Assembly: GCA_020633415.1 (NCBI GenBank)
Contig: JACKDQ010000002.1
Location: 256,976 to 320,975 of the forward strand
Source: Deltaproteobacteria bacterium
Lineage (GTDB): Bacteria; Myxococcota_A; Polyangia; GCA-2747355
DNA: 64,000 nt
Direction of reading: 5' to 3'
Part shown: positions 7,438-16,932 of the stretch, in pieces
Numbering within the stretch: the stretch's first letter is position 1
Layout: each line of letters opens with the position of its first letter
Notes under the pieces: generated by a model
What the model was told of the DNA's origin: nothing
The model's input: the letters and a program-made list of their open reading frames with translations, nothing else
Database searches by the model: none
Program-made: the position numbers and the translations under genes

Positions 7438-9948
7438 ATGCACCAATGCCCGATAGCACGCCCACGCACCAAGCAGCTCTTCGTGGCCGCGATCGCGCTG
7501 ATTCTCGTGTTGGGATTGCCGCCCACGCTGAGCGCTGATCCTTGCGGGATGGTGCCGCCAATTTATGACGGACCGGGACGGCCGATCACGCGCGTCGGCG
7601 CCCAGCAGACTTACGTTTTCTACCATCAGGGTGTCGAAACGTTTGTGATCCGCCCCGGCTTCCGCGGCAAGGTCGACAACTTCGGCATGCTGATTCCCTT
7701 CCCAACCCCACCGGCGATCCGAAAGGTCGCCGATCAAACGTTCGCTCAGATCGCAGCGGCGATCGACCCGCCTGAAATCGTCGCCTACGTCTACCGACGG
7801 CACTTCCGACGGAAGTCTGGACGCGGTCGAGCGCCGGCACCTGCGCGCCAAGCGTCGCTGGCCACAGGCAAGCGCGACGTGCGCGTGCTGCGCAAAGAAG
7901 CGATCGGCATGTATGAAGTAGCAGTCTTAGAGGCCGGCAGCGCGCAGGCGCTCAAACGCTGGATGGACAGCCACGGCTACAAGTACCCCGACGGGATGGA
8001 TCAAGCTTGCGAAGACTATGTCAAGGCGGGTTGGTGTTTCGTTGCCGTGAAAACCCGCGTCGGGCCCAAGGCGCCACTCGATCCAAAGCCTGGAATGCGC
8101 CAGGCGAAGACCGCTTTACCCGACAGCCACGACTTCCAGGGGCACGTCCAAGGAATGGGCTTTCGCTTCCGCAGCAAACAGCTCGTTGTACCGATGCGGC
8201 TATCGGCCTTTAACGAAGGGCGTCTGCGCAACATCGTCTACCTGCTTACCGATGGACCGCGCAAAATCCAACGCATCGCTGATAAGTACGTCGTTCGCCA
8301 ACTGCCCGGCTGGCAAGTCTATCGCAATCTCACCCGCCCACTGCCGCTGCGCGTGGTCGGCGGCTCATACCGCGACCTACGGCCCTGGCAGCGGCAGAAC
8401 CTCAGCGTCCGTCGCAACCCTGAGCCCCACAATGGCATCGCCGCCGAGCTGTTCGCCTCGGATCTACTCGCCGCGCAAAAGCGTCGGCTCTCGCACCGCT
8501 TTGAGGAGCGAGAGAAGGCGCTGCTCAACATCGGCGAAAACCTCGGTCTTCGCGGCCCGGCGATCGACCAACTCCACGCCAAAGCACTGGAGGAACACCG
8601 CAGCAAAGCGCTGCGCTACGCGCTCTCGGCGATCAAACAGCTAACGCTCAATGTGGTCGACGGAGACTTTCCACGCGAGGTGCTGGCCAACAGCAATCTG
8701 CAGTTCGCCTGGTATCGCATGCCGGGCGAGCGCAACAACAAGCGCAACTACGACGCGACGCACCAAGGGCCCACCCCCTACCAGCCCGCAGGCAAGCTCT
8801 ATCGCGGTGCGCTGCCAGCGACGCCAGCTCAACAGCAGCGCCTAGCGAGCCATTCAACACTGTGGGTCGTCGGCGTTAGCAGTGGTGCCGCGCTGCTGCT
8901 TCTGCTCGCTGCGCTGTTTTGGCGCCGGGCAACAGCGCCGCTCCTCGGATTGCTGTTGGTCGCGTGGGTCAGCAATGCGCGGGCCGAGTCGCTCGATGCC
9001 TTGCTCGGCAAGCTGAAGCAACCCAAACAAGCACCCCAAGCAGCCAAAGCACTCGCCGCGTTGGGCGAACCCGCGATATCCAAACTGCTCAACATCGCCT
9101 TCGACGCGGACGACCTCGAGACCCGCGGTTGGGCACTGGTCGCGATCGGGCAAAGCGGCGCGCGACGCGCTGATGGCGAACTGAAGAAACTCCACGACAA
9201 CCCAAACCATCCGCTGCTCGTCCGCACCTGGGCAGCAGCAGCACGCATCAACCTCGCCGCAGACGCCAACGCACTGATGGCAATGACCGAACTGACCGGC
9301 CGCTTTCCCGCCACAGCGCGTCCGCTTGGCCAACGGCTCACACGTGTGCTGGCTCAGAATAAGCAGCTCGACACCGAAGGACTGTTGATGGTTTCGGCGC
9401 GACTGCCGGCGCTGCGCAGCAGCCTATCCCCGCTGATCCTAGCGCTACCTGCCAAGCAGCTGGTCGAGGTGATGGTCCGTGGAAAGTCGGCGAGCAGCCG
9501 TCAACAAGCCGCCGCTTATTTGGCGACCCAAGGCCGAAGCAACGCGGCAAGCGACACGGTTATCGCCGCGGTGATCGCGGCCTATCGCTTCGACCGTCGC
9601 GCCAAGCAAGTCCCCTGGCAAGGTGGCGCGCTGTTCATCCCCAGCCTCAACTGGAAAGCCGAGTCAGCGCGTCGCTTGGTCGGCAACCTCTTGCGCTGGC
9701 ACCTCTGGTGCGAACATCGCGGGCGTAGCGATCTGCAGCGCCAGCTACACAACAATCTGCGCAGCCTGGCACTCGCCTCTGCGGCCGGCTACCGATCCCC
9801 CGGCTGGAGCAACGTCAGTGTCGAAAGCTGGCTGCGCAGCTGGGCCGCGGTCGTCGGCAGGTCGGGCATCGCGCGGCTGCTCGCCGAGCAAGGGTTGGCC
9901 GGCGAGCCGCGCTACAAGATCCTGCTCTCCTCGTTGGCCGAGCGTTAG
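7438..9948 (+). CDS. DUF2330-like secreted/membrane protein fused to a HEAT-repeat domain
   Basis: Signal peptide (LFVAAIALILVLGLPPTLSA). It then has DPCGMVPPIY...QQTYVFYHQGVETFVIRPGF...FGMLIPFPTPPAIRKV and MYEVAVLEAGSAQALKRWMDSHGYKYPDGMDQACEDYVKAGWCFVAVK, which match my memory of Pfam DUF2330. The C-terminal part has HEAT/PBS-lyase-like repeats (ALAALGEPAISKLLNIAFDADDLETRGWALVAIGQSG). Confidence 0.7.
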   Translation: MHQCPIARPRTKQLFVAAIALILVLGLPPTLSADPCGMVPPIYDGPGRPITRVGAQQTYVFYHQGVETFVIRPGFRGKVDNFGMLIPFPTPPAIRKVADQTFAQIAAAIDPPEIVAYVYRRHFRRKSGRGRAPAPARQASLATGKRDVRVLRKEAIGMYEVAVLEAGSAQALKRWMDSHGYKYPDGMDQACEDYVKAGWCFVAVKTRVGPKAPLDPKPGMRQAKTALPDSHDFQGHVQGMGFRFRSKQLVVPMRLSAFNEGRLRNIVYLLTDGPRKIQRIADKYVVRQLPGWQVYRNLTRPLPLRVVGGSYRDLRPWQRQNLSVRRNPEPHNGIAAELFASDLLAAQKRRLSHRFEEREKALLNIGENLGLRGPAIDQLHAKALEEHRSKALRYALSAIKQLTLNVVDGDFPREVLANSNLQFAWYRMPGERNNKRNYDATHQGPTPYQPAGKLYRGALPATPAQQQRLASHSTLWVVGVSSGAALLLLLAALFWRRATAPLLGLLLVAWVSNARAESLDALLGKLKQPKQAPQAAKALAALGEPAISKLLNIAFDADDLETRGWALVAIGQSGARRADGELKKLHDNPNHPLLVRTWAAAARINLAADANALMAMTELTGRFPATARPLGQRLTRVLAQNKQLDTEGLLMVSARLPALRSSLSPLILALPAKQLVEVMVRGKSASSRQQAAAYLATQGRSNAASDTVIAAVIAAYRFDRRAKQVPWQGGALFIPSLNWKAESARRLVGNLLRWHLWCEHRGRSDLQRQLHNNLRSLALASAAGYRSPGWSNVSVESWLRSWAAVVGRSGIARLLAEQGLAGEPRYKILLSSLAER

Positions 9949-9983
9949 CCCGCATCGCACACCCACCCACAGCGCCCGCCCTG

Positions 9984-10125
9984 TCATTACTTTATCAAAA
10001 TTTTAGTATTTTAAAATACGTAAAACATTGCGCGTATTTTCATTTATTTAATCCAAATGCTTATTTTAAATAAACAATGTACTAGATTCGCCGATTTACT
10101 TTTTAGAATTTTCAGTGCACTATGA
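9984..10125. promoter_or_regulatory. AT-rich intergenic island upstream of the flagellin-like gene
   Basis: I counted 31 G+C in the 130 nt from 9991..10120 (24% GC), against visibly GC-rich flanks. It contains the perfect palindrome ATTTTAAAAT (10008..10017). It also contains the near-identical 12-mers TTTTAGTATTTT (10001..10012) and TTTTAGAATTTT (10101..10112). Confidence 0.7.
10071..10097 (+). promoter_or_regulatory. Sigma-28 (FliA/SigD)-type promoter candidate
   Basis: TAAA (10071..10074), then exactly 15 nt, then GCCGATTT (10090..10097). The textbook class III flagellar consensus is TAAA-N15-GCCGATAA. The GC-rich -10 box stands out inside the 24% GC island. It lies 46 nt upstream of ATG 10143, which has an AAGAGG Shine-Dalgarno at 10131..10136. 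Confidence 0.5.
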
Positions 10126-10142
10126 TACGCAAGAGGTGACTC

Positions 10143-10946
10143 ATGGGCACGATCGGCGCAATCGGTACCACCCCAAACTTCACCCGTTCCCTCTCCGAGA
10201 GCCGCAAGCGCGTTGAGCATGCGATGCAGATCATCTCCGGCGGTGGAAGGGTCATCGACAGCAGCCGAGCCTCCCTGGCGGCACTCGGTGAAAAGCTCGC
10301 CGCCGAGATCCGCTCGGTGCGGCAAACCGCGAAAAACATCGGCCAAGGCGAGGCGATGGTGCAAACCGCCGAGGCGGCCTTTGCCAGCCACCGAGACATC
10401 CTGGACCGGCTCAGTGAGCTGGCGGTGCAGGCGGCCCATGCCCCGTTGACCGATGAAGACCGCAAGGCGATCTCGGGAGAGACCAGCCAGCTCGTCGCGG
10501 AATTTGAACGGATATCCAAAGGCACCGTCTACAACGGTGAGCAGCTAAGCGGCTCGATCAAGGACATTCAGGTCGGCCCTGACCAAGGCGACACGCTAAC
10601 GATCCAGGTCCCGGAGATCGATTCGGCATCGACGGCGATCAGCGGAATCGACCTTTCGACGACCGCTGCGGCAGTCGCCGCCGCGGGCATCATCGACAAA
10701 GCCCAGACGACGGTTTCCGAAGCGCGCTCGTTCCTCGCCGCGCAGTGGCATGGGCTCGACGCGGCACGCAGCAGCGCCAATGCGCGACTCGAAGCCGTGG
10801 CGGTTTCTCACAACCAAATCGCCTCCGGCGACATCGGTTACGAAGCGTCGCAACTGACGATGGGAAAAAACCAGCTCCGCGCCGGCATCAAGGTCCAAAA
10901 GGCCGACCTTTCCACGCGAGGATTGCTGATCCGTCTGCTCGGCTAG
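10143..10946 (+). CDS. Flagellin-family protein (minimal D0/D1-type flagellin or FlgL-like), divergent
   Basis: 267 aa. The N-terminal helices show ISGGGRVIDSS, GEAMVQTAEAAFASHRDILDRLSELAVQAA and LTDEDRKAISGETSQLVAEFERISKGTVYNGEQL. These align by eye with LSSGLRINSAKDDAAG, QTAEGAL...LQRIRELAVQA and DR.AIQ.E..QL..EIDRI...T.FNG..LL of flagellins. The C-terminal helix ends LLIRLLG. Confidence 0.75.
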   Translation: MGTIGAIGTTPNFTRSLSESRKRVEHAMQIISGGGRVIDSSRASLAALGEKLAAEIRSVRQTAKNIGQGEAMVQTAEAAFASHRDILDRLSELAVQAAHAPLTDEDRKAISGETSQLVAEFERISKGTVYNGEQLSGSIKDIQVGPDQGDTLTIQVPEIDSASTAISGIDLSTTAAAVAAAGIIDKAQTTVSEARSFLAAQWHGLDAARSSANARLEAVAVSHNQIASGDIGYEASQLTMGKNQLRAGIKVQKADLSTRGLLIRLLG

Positions 10947-10997
10947 TTCCGAGCCGCTGACTCGCCGCTCTGCTGGTTTTCCGCTACCCTTAGCGGG

Positions 10998-12076
<1,079 letters not shown>

Positions 12077-12080
<4 letters not shown>

Positions 12081-12778
12081 AGAAAGCAACTTGCGTGATT
12101 CGATTGGGCCCTTGCCTCGTCCCCGAGGCTGGGCAGTTCGATCAGCTGATCGCCGCCGCAGGTGATCTCAACAGCGTGCAATGCTACGATGCACCGGCCG
12201 GCGAAGCGCTACCCGATCCCGATCGCGTCCACTGCGCGGTATTGACCGGCTCGGCAGCGATGGTCACCGACCACCATCCATGGAGCGAGCTCGCAGCAGA
12301 GTGGACGCAGCGCTATCTCGAACTCGAGCGTCCGTTACTCGGCATCTGTTACGGACACCAGTTGATCGCCTACGCGCTGGGCGCACCGGTCGGCAAGAAT
12401 CCCGCTGGCCGAGAGATCGGAACCATCGAGGTCAAACTGAGCCCGGCGGCTCAACATGACCCCGTGTTCGGCAACCTGCCCAAGCAACTTCGCGTCCACT
12501 CCAGCCATCTAGAGAGCGTGTTGGCGCTTCCCCCAGGCGCGGAGCTGCTCGGTAGCAGCGCTCGCGACGCACATCAGGTCGTGCGATTTGCGCCATGCGC
12601 GTGGGGCGTGCAGTTTCACCCGGAGTTCACCGCCCAAGTCATGCGCGGCTATATCGACCAGCGCAGTGCAGCGGTGCGCGACGAAGGCGGCGATCCCCAA
12701 GCGCTACGCGACGCCGTAGCAAGCACGAACGACGGGCCCCAACTGCTGCGCGCGTTCTTCGCCTACGCCGATCGCTAG
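12077..12778 (+). CDS. Class I glutamine amidotransferase-like protein
   Basis: The ORF track gives 11945..12778. I prefer ATG 12077 (MKKATCVIRLG...), which overlaps the amrS stop in ATGA (12077..12080). The nucleophile elbow is LLGICYGHQLIA and the His/Glu pair is VQFHPEF. Confidence 0.72.
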
Positions 12779-12788
12779 CAGGACCGTG

Positions 12789-15002
12789 CTATTGAATCGG
12801 CTTCTGTTCCCGCCAACGCCGGTAGGAAGCGACAACCTGAGTGTCCTTGGCGATCGGCACGTTGATAAACACCAACGAGTTGGAGGCGGCAACGTAGTCG
12901 AATCCCTTGGCGCGGCTGCGCTGCAGCTTCTGTCCAGCGACCGCAACGGCGATCGACGTCGAAATCGGCACATACTCGAGCACTGCCGGGCTGGACGCCC
13001 CAGCAATCGAGTCGATCATTAGCTGAAGCGACGTGCCGAGGTTGAGTTGGCATATGTCGGCCGTGGTCCCACCCGTGGCCTTGATCAACTCGTAGGCACC
13101 GTGCCCTGTTTCTGGTCCACAGCTCGAGGTGCAGACCGCGCCAATCTGATGAACGATCGCGCGACCGTCGGTGCCATGGGTCGCATCCTGGCCGGTGAAC
13201 AGCGTAAGCCAGGGCTTGATCGCCGCGTCGACCTTCTGTTGCTCCGAGGCGGGCAATACACAGTTCGTCGGGCGACCGCTGCTGGCGTAGTAACTGCCGG
13301 TAAGTTTGCTCTTCAGCTCCTGGGTCATCTCGTCGGTCGCCAGGATCACCACAACCGTGGCATCGGGGCGAATGCGATCCTCGCGATTGGCAGCACGCGG
13401 CAAGTGGCGTCGCACAGCCTCGTAGGCGTGGGTCAAGACATACTCGCTACCGCCCTCGGCGTACGGCGGGTCGGCCACACAATCTTTGAAAAGTTGGCGC
13501 TCAGACGATTTCAAGAAGCGATCAGTGCCCCCCGATCCCGAGCCGCCCTGGGCACTGCAAAGCTTGCCCATGATCGTTCCCCCACCGGGCGCTTTGACCC
13601 CAGCGACGCCGACGCGAAAGTCGAGCCCCGACTTGAGCGCGCGGGCAAAAAAGTCGTCTGCGTTGTTGATGATATTCTGCCGGTTGTCGCTCATCGAGCC
13701 TGAATCGTCGACAACCCAGATGATGTCAGCGATCGGATTCCGTGAGAGCACGAATGGATCGCACTCGACGACATGCGAGTTGGTTGTCTTCGCCAGACCT
13801 GTACCGTTGGAAACGTCGTCGACGAGCAGCTGTGTCGCGTTGCTGACGTCGTTGAACATCGATTTAGTCGCCAACCCGCCGACGATCAACACCGCACCGT
13901 CACTGCGCAGCAAGGTCTGAAAACGCAGCACGAAATCGGTCGACGTCGGACCGAACTCCTGCGTCGGCAAACTGCCGAATTTGCTCCCCCCCAGCAGCAC
14001 CTTGAGCAACGCGTTGCGCAGGGCAACCAGCCCATGTGTCGTGCTCATCTGGATTTCGACCTGAGTCGAAACGATCGTGTCGAACCCATCGTGACTCTTG
14101 AGCCGCGTACCCGAGGAGGATTGCGCCGCGCTTTGCCGCCCCGGAATCTTGTTGATGTCCGCGACGACCTCGTCGACTAGCGCGCTGATGTCTTTGCCCG
14201 CAGCCTGCGCGCGCATCACGACGAACCCTGCGACCATCTTTTTGGGATCTTTGGAGTCGAACAGCGCCGCGGCCTCTTGAGCCCCAGGATTGGTCAGCGT
14301 CAGGTCGCCATAAAGAGCGTCGGTCTCGAGGGCTAGCTTCCAGACTGCGCTGCTATGCACGGTGATCGGCTTGAGACCCGCATCGGGATCGTTCTCGTTG
14401 GTCTGACGGCAAACAAACGTCGGCAGTTCCTTGTCCTTCTGCCCGGGGAAGGTTGTGTCCTTGAGGCGATCGCTTTCGCCGTTGGCGCAGCGAAAATCCA
14501 CCGGCGGCGTACAAGTCCCGGACTGACAGGTTTGTCCCGCGCCGCACTCGTCGGCCCTAGGATCTGCACAACCGATGCGCTTTTCGCCGCAAGTCGCCAG
14601 ACAGCAGCCGAGCAGACCATCGCCGTTGAGGTCCTCGTCCTTGTCGTCGACCCCATCCCCATCGGAATCGCTATCGAGAAAGTTGGGCACCTTGTCGAGG
14701 TCGGTATCGGCGCTTCCCTCGACGCTATCGGGCACGCCGTCGCCGTCGGAGTCAGTATCGAGATAGTTGGGGATCGTGTCACCGTCGGCGTCGGCAGCCG
14801 GACTCGTGCAGCCTTCAACCTCGTCGGGGATACCATCTCCGTCGGCATCTTGGCCGGGCGTACACGGCGTAAATCCGCGGTCGTAGCGCACACCACCGCC
14901 GTCGGGTTCAACAAACTCCGATCCGCCGCAGGTCAAAAATGTCGCGGACGCCGCCACGACGATCGAACCGAGGACCAAGAAACCGCAAAGCGTGCGCCGC
15001 AT
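12789..15002 (-). CDS. Lipoprotein with thrombospondin type 3 Ca-binding repeats, Cys-rich linker and von Willebrand factor A domain
   Basis: Signal plus lipobox (VAASATFLTCGG). There are multiple DxDxDGxxDxxD repeats (DADGDGIPDE, DADGDTIPNYLDTDSDGDGVPD, DSDSDGDGVDDKDEDLNGDG). There is a MIDAS-like IIWVVDDSGSMSDNRQNI. Confidence 0.8.
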   Translation of the reverse strand: MRRTLCGFLVLGSIVVAASATFLTCGGSEFVEPDGGGVRYDRGFTPCTPGQDADGDGIPDEVEGCTSPAADADGDTIPNYLDTDSDGDGVPDSVEGSADTDLDKVPNFLDSDSDGDGVDDKDEDLNGDGLLGCCLATCGEKRIGCADPRADECGAGQTCQSGTCTPPVDFRCANGESDRLKDTTFPGQKDKELPTFVCRQTNENDPDAGLKPITVHSSAVWKLALETDALYGDLTLTNPGAQEAAALFDSKDPKKMVAGFVVMRAQAAGKDISALVDEVVADINKIPGRQSAAQSSSGTRLKSHDGFDTIVSTQVEIQMSTTHGLVALRNALLKVLLGGSKFGSLPTQEFGPTSTDFVLRFQTLLRSDGAVLIVGGLATKSMFNDVSNATQLLVDDVSNGTGLAKTTNSHVVECDPFVLSRNPIADIIWVVDDSGSMSDNRQNIINNADDFFARALKSGLDFRVGVAGVKAPGGGTIMGKLCSAQGGSGSGGTDRFLKSSERQLFKDCVADPPYAEGGSEYVLTHAYEAVRRHLPRAANREDRIRPDATVVVILATDEMTQELKSKLTGSYYASSGRPTNCVLPASEQQKVDAAIKPWLTLFTGQDATHGTDGRAIVHQIGAVCTSSCGPETGHGAYELIKATGGTTADICQLNLGTSLQLMIDSIAGASSPAVLEYVPISTSIAVAVAGQKLQRSRAKGFDYVAASNSLVFINVPIAKDTQVVASYRRWREQKPIQ

Positions 15003-15189
15003 GGTGTACCCCCGCTCGAATTCTGGGACATTCCAGCCGGTGACGCAAGCGTGACCCCGACTCAGCGCCGCAACACGGCGAGAATCGGCCGACGCAATAG
15101 CCCTTCAATGCCCTAGTTCACCGAAGAGCGGGTATTGCCGCTCCATCGCTCACGCGAGCAGCGCAAAAACCAGGTCCGTCGTCGCTTAA

Positions 15190-16932
15190 CTAGCGTTGGT
15201 AGACCGAGACCAGCGGTACACCATCGAGCGTCAGGACCTTCGTCGGCGAGGGGTGACCATAGCTGCGCCAGATCCAGTAGTCGTATTTGTTGAAATGCAG
15301 CTCGTGAACGACCATCGCAGCCCGCGAGGCTTGGATTGCCGGCAGCTCCATGCCCGAGTAGCGGATGTCGTTGCGCAACAGCCCCGCCCGACGGTAGGCG
15401 GCATAACTTGCGTAGTTGACGTCGTGGAAATAGACGCTGGTATTGCCGCGCAGCTCGCTGTTGAGCCACGGCAGAAGCTGCCGCGGCGCGTAGCCCCAAA
15501 ACTGCCGATTGAGCCCGAGGTCTGCGCCGCCCGCCACGCCACCCGCGATCGCGTTGTACTGAGACAAACCGAACGGATGGGTCTGATAGATGTTCAATGC
15601 CCCGGGCAGCGCCACGACCAGCGCCAGTCCTACCGCGGCCAATGCGCGCCGACGCGCAACGAGACCGAGTCGCGCCAACAGGCGGCTAGCCGCAACGCCA
15701 GCGAGCAGAGCAACAAAGGGATAGGCCGGCAGCCAATGCTTTGTGCCACCAAAAATCGGCGTATTGGGATGTGCGATCAGCAGGATCGGAATCAGCGCGG
15801 TCAGCGTCAACAGCAGACCGATCCGCGGATCGAGCCCTTTGGCCGGACGCAACCAACTCCGCCGAGCAGGGAAACGAAAGGGACTATCCTCACGCGGCGG
15901 ACGTTGTCGACGGATCCGCGCGAGCGCCAGGCCCGCTGGCCGGCGCAGATAAACGAAACCGCCGGCCAGCGCCAGCAGCAACGTCACCGTCGGGACCGTA
16001 AACAACGTCATCACAAACGGATAGCTGATCGGCAAAGGCGGCCGCCCATAGTTGGTGCCGAGAAACTCCATGTTGTAATAGGCGTGATGCAGATGAAACG
16101 CGAAGTAATCTTGGACGTGCTTGACCGTGTCGAACCACAACCACGGCCAATGCAGATAGAACACCAGCGGGCCGATCAACGCCATCGAAACAAAAACCAA
16201 CGGTATCCGCGGAAGGCGTAGTGGCCGCAGCGAAAGATCGGGCCAGACGACGACCAAATAGTGGAGCAGCAGGAAACCAGGCATGATCCAAGCGTTGTGC
16301 TTGGTCGCCAAGGCGATCCCCCAACAGACACCTGCAGCGAGCGCCCAACGCAACTGCATCAGACCACGCAAATATGCGTAGATCGCCAACAACCAGGTCG
16401 ACATGATCGCCGTATCGAAACAGGCGAGCTGTCCGTGGAAGAAAACACGCGGCATGGTCCACAAGACCAGCGCCGCGATCAGCCCCGCGGTACGACTCTC
16501 GATCCGCACACCGAGCAGATAGACCAAAGAGATCGCCAGACCGGTCAACAGCCAGGCGGGCAGGCGAAAAGCCGATATCTCGTCGAGCAGCGCCTGGCGC
16601 TTGTCGGGTCCATGAAACAGCCGCCAGGAGAGCGCAAACGCGGTCTTGAGCAGCACCGGGTGCTCGTTGTTGGTGTGAAAGTATTGACTGATCTGAGCCT
16701 TCGAGAAGGCCTTCGAGCGCGGGTCGCCAAGCTTGGCAAACCATCCCCAGTAGGCGCGCGCCGCGTCGAAGTACGTTCCCTCGTCGCGCATCACGCCAAG
16801 GTTGCGCTGCGCCAGGCCAAGCGATCCGGCCGCAGCAAACAGCAACAGCAAAGCAAACAATCGATCGCGCCAGGGCAAACGGCCGAGCAGCCCAGGACGC
16901 TCCCCATCAACACGTGCAGTCGTACGACTCAC
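15190..16932 (-). CDS. GT-C fold glycosyltransferase (PMT/ArnT family-like), polytopic membrane protein
   Basis: 580 aa with many hydrophobic segments. The first loop carries MRDEGTYFDAARAYWGWF, the DE-type motif of family 39/83 transferases. GTG start at 16932 overlaps the upstream stop (GTGA, 16929..16932). Confidence 0.55.
   Translation of the reverse strand: MSRTTARVDGERPGLLGRLPWRDRLFALLLLFAAAGSLGLAQRNLGVMRDEGTYFDAARAYWGWFAKLGDPRSKAFSKAQISQYFHTNNEHPVLLKTAFALSWRLFHGPDKRQALLDEISAFRLPAWLLTGLAISLVYLLGVRIESRTAGLIAALVLWTMPRVFFHGQLACFDTAIMSTWLLAIYAYLRGLMQLRWALAAGVCWGIALATKHNAWIMPGFLLLHYLVVVWPDLSLRPLRLPRIPLVFVSMALIGPLVFYLHWPWLWFDTVKHVQDYFAFHLHHAYYNMEFLGTNYGRPPLPISYPFVMTLFTVPTVTLLLALAGGFVYLRRPAGLALARIRRQRPPREDSPFRFPARRSWLRPAKGLDPRIGLLLTLTALIPILLIAHPNTPIFGGTKHWLPAYPFVALLAGVAASRLLARLGLVARRRALAAVGLALVVALPGALNIYQTHPFGLSQYNAIAGGVAGGADLGLNRQFWGYAPRQLLPWLNSELRGNTSVYFHDVNYASYAAYRRAGLLRNDIRYSGMELPAIQASRAAMVVHELHFNKYDYWIWRSYGHPSPTKVLTLDGVPLVSVYQR

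Noticed and set aside
15126-15143. Short hairpins after gene ends considered as intrinsic terminators: GAGCGG-N6-CCGCTC at 15126..15143 downstream of the GT-C gene on the minus strand, a weak 5-6-bp stem at about 59690..59710 after the PP2C gene, and a 7-bp stem at 6522..6547.
   Set aside because: The stems are only 5-7 bp and lack convincing U-tracts, and such pairings are frequent by chance in GC-rich sequence.
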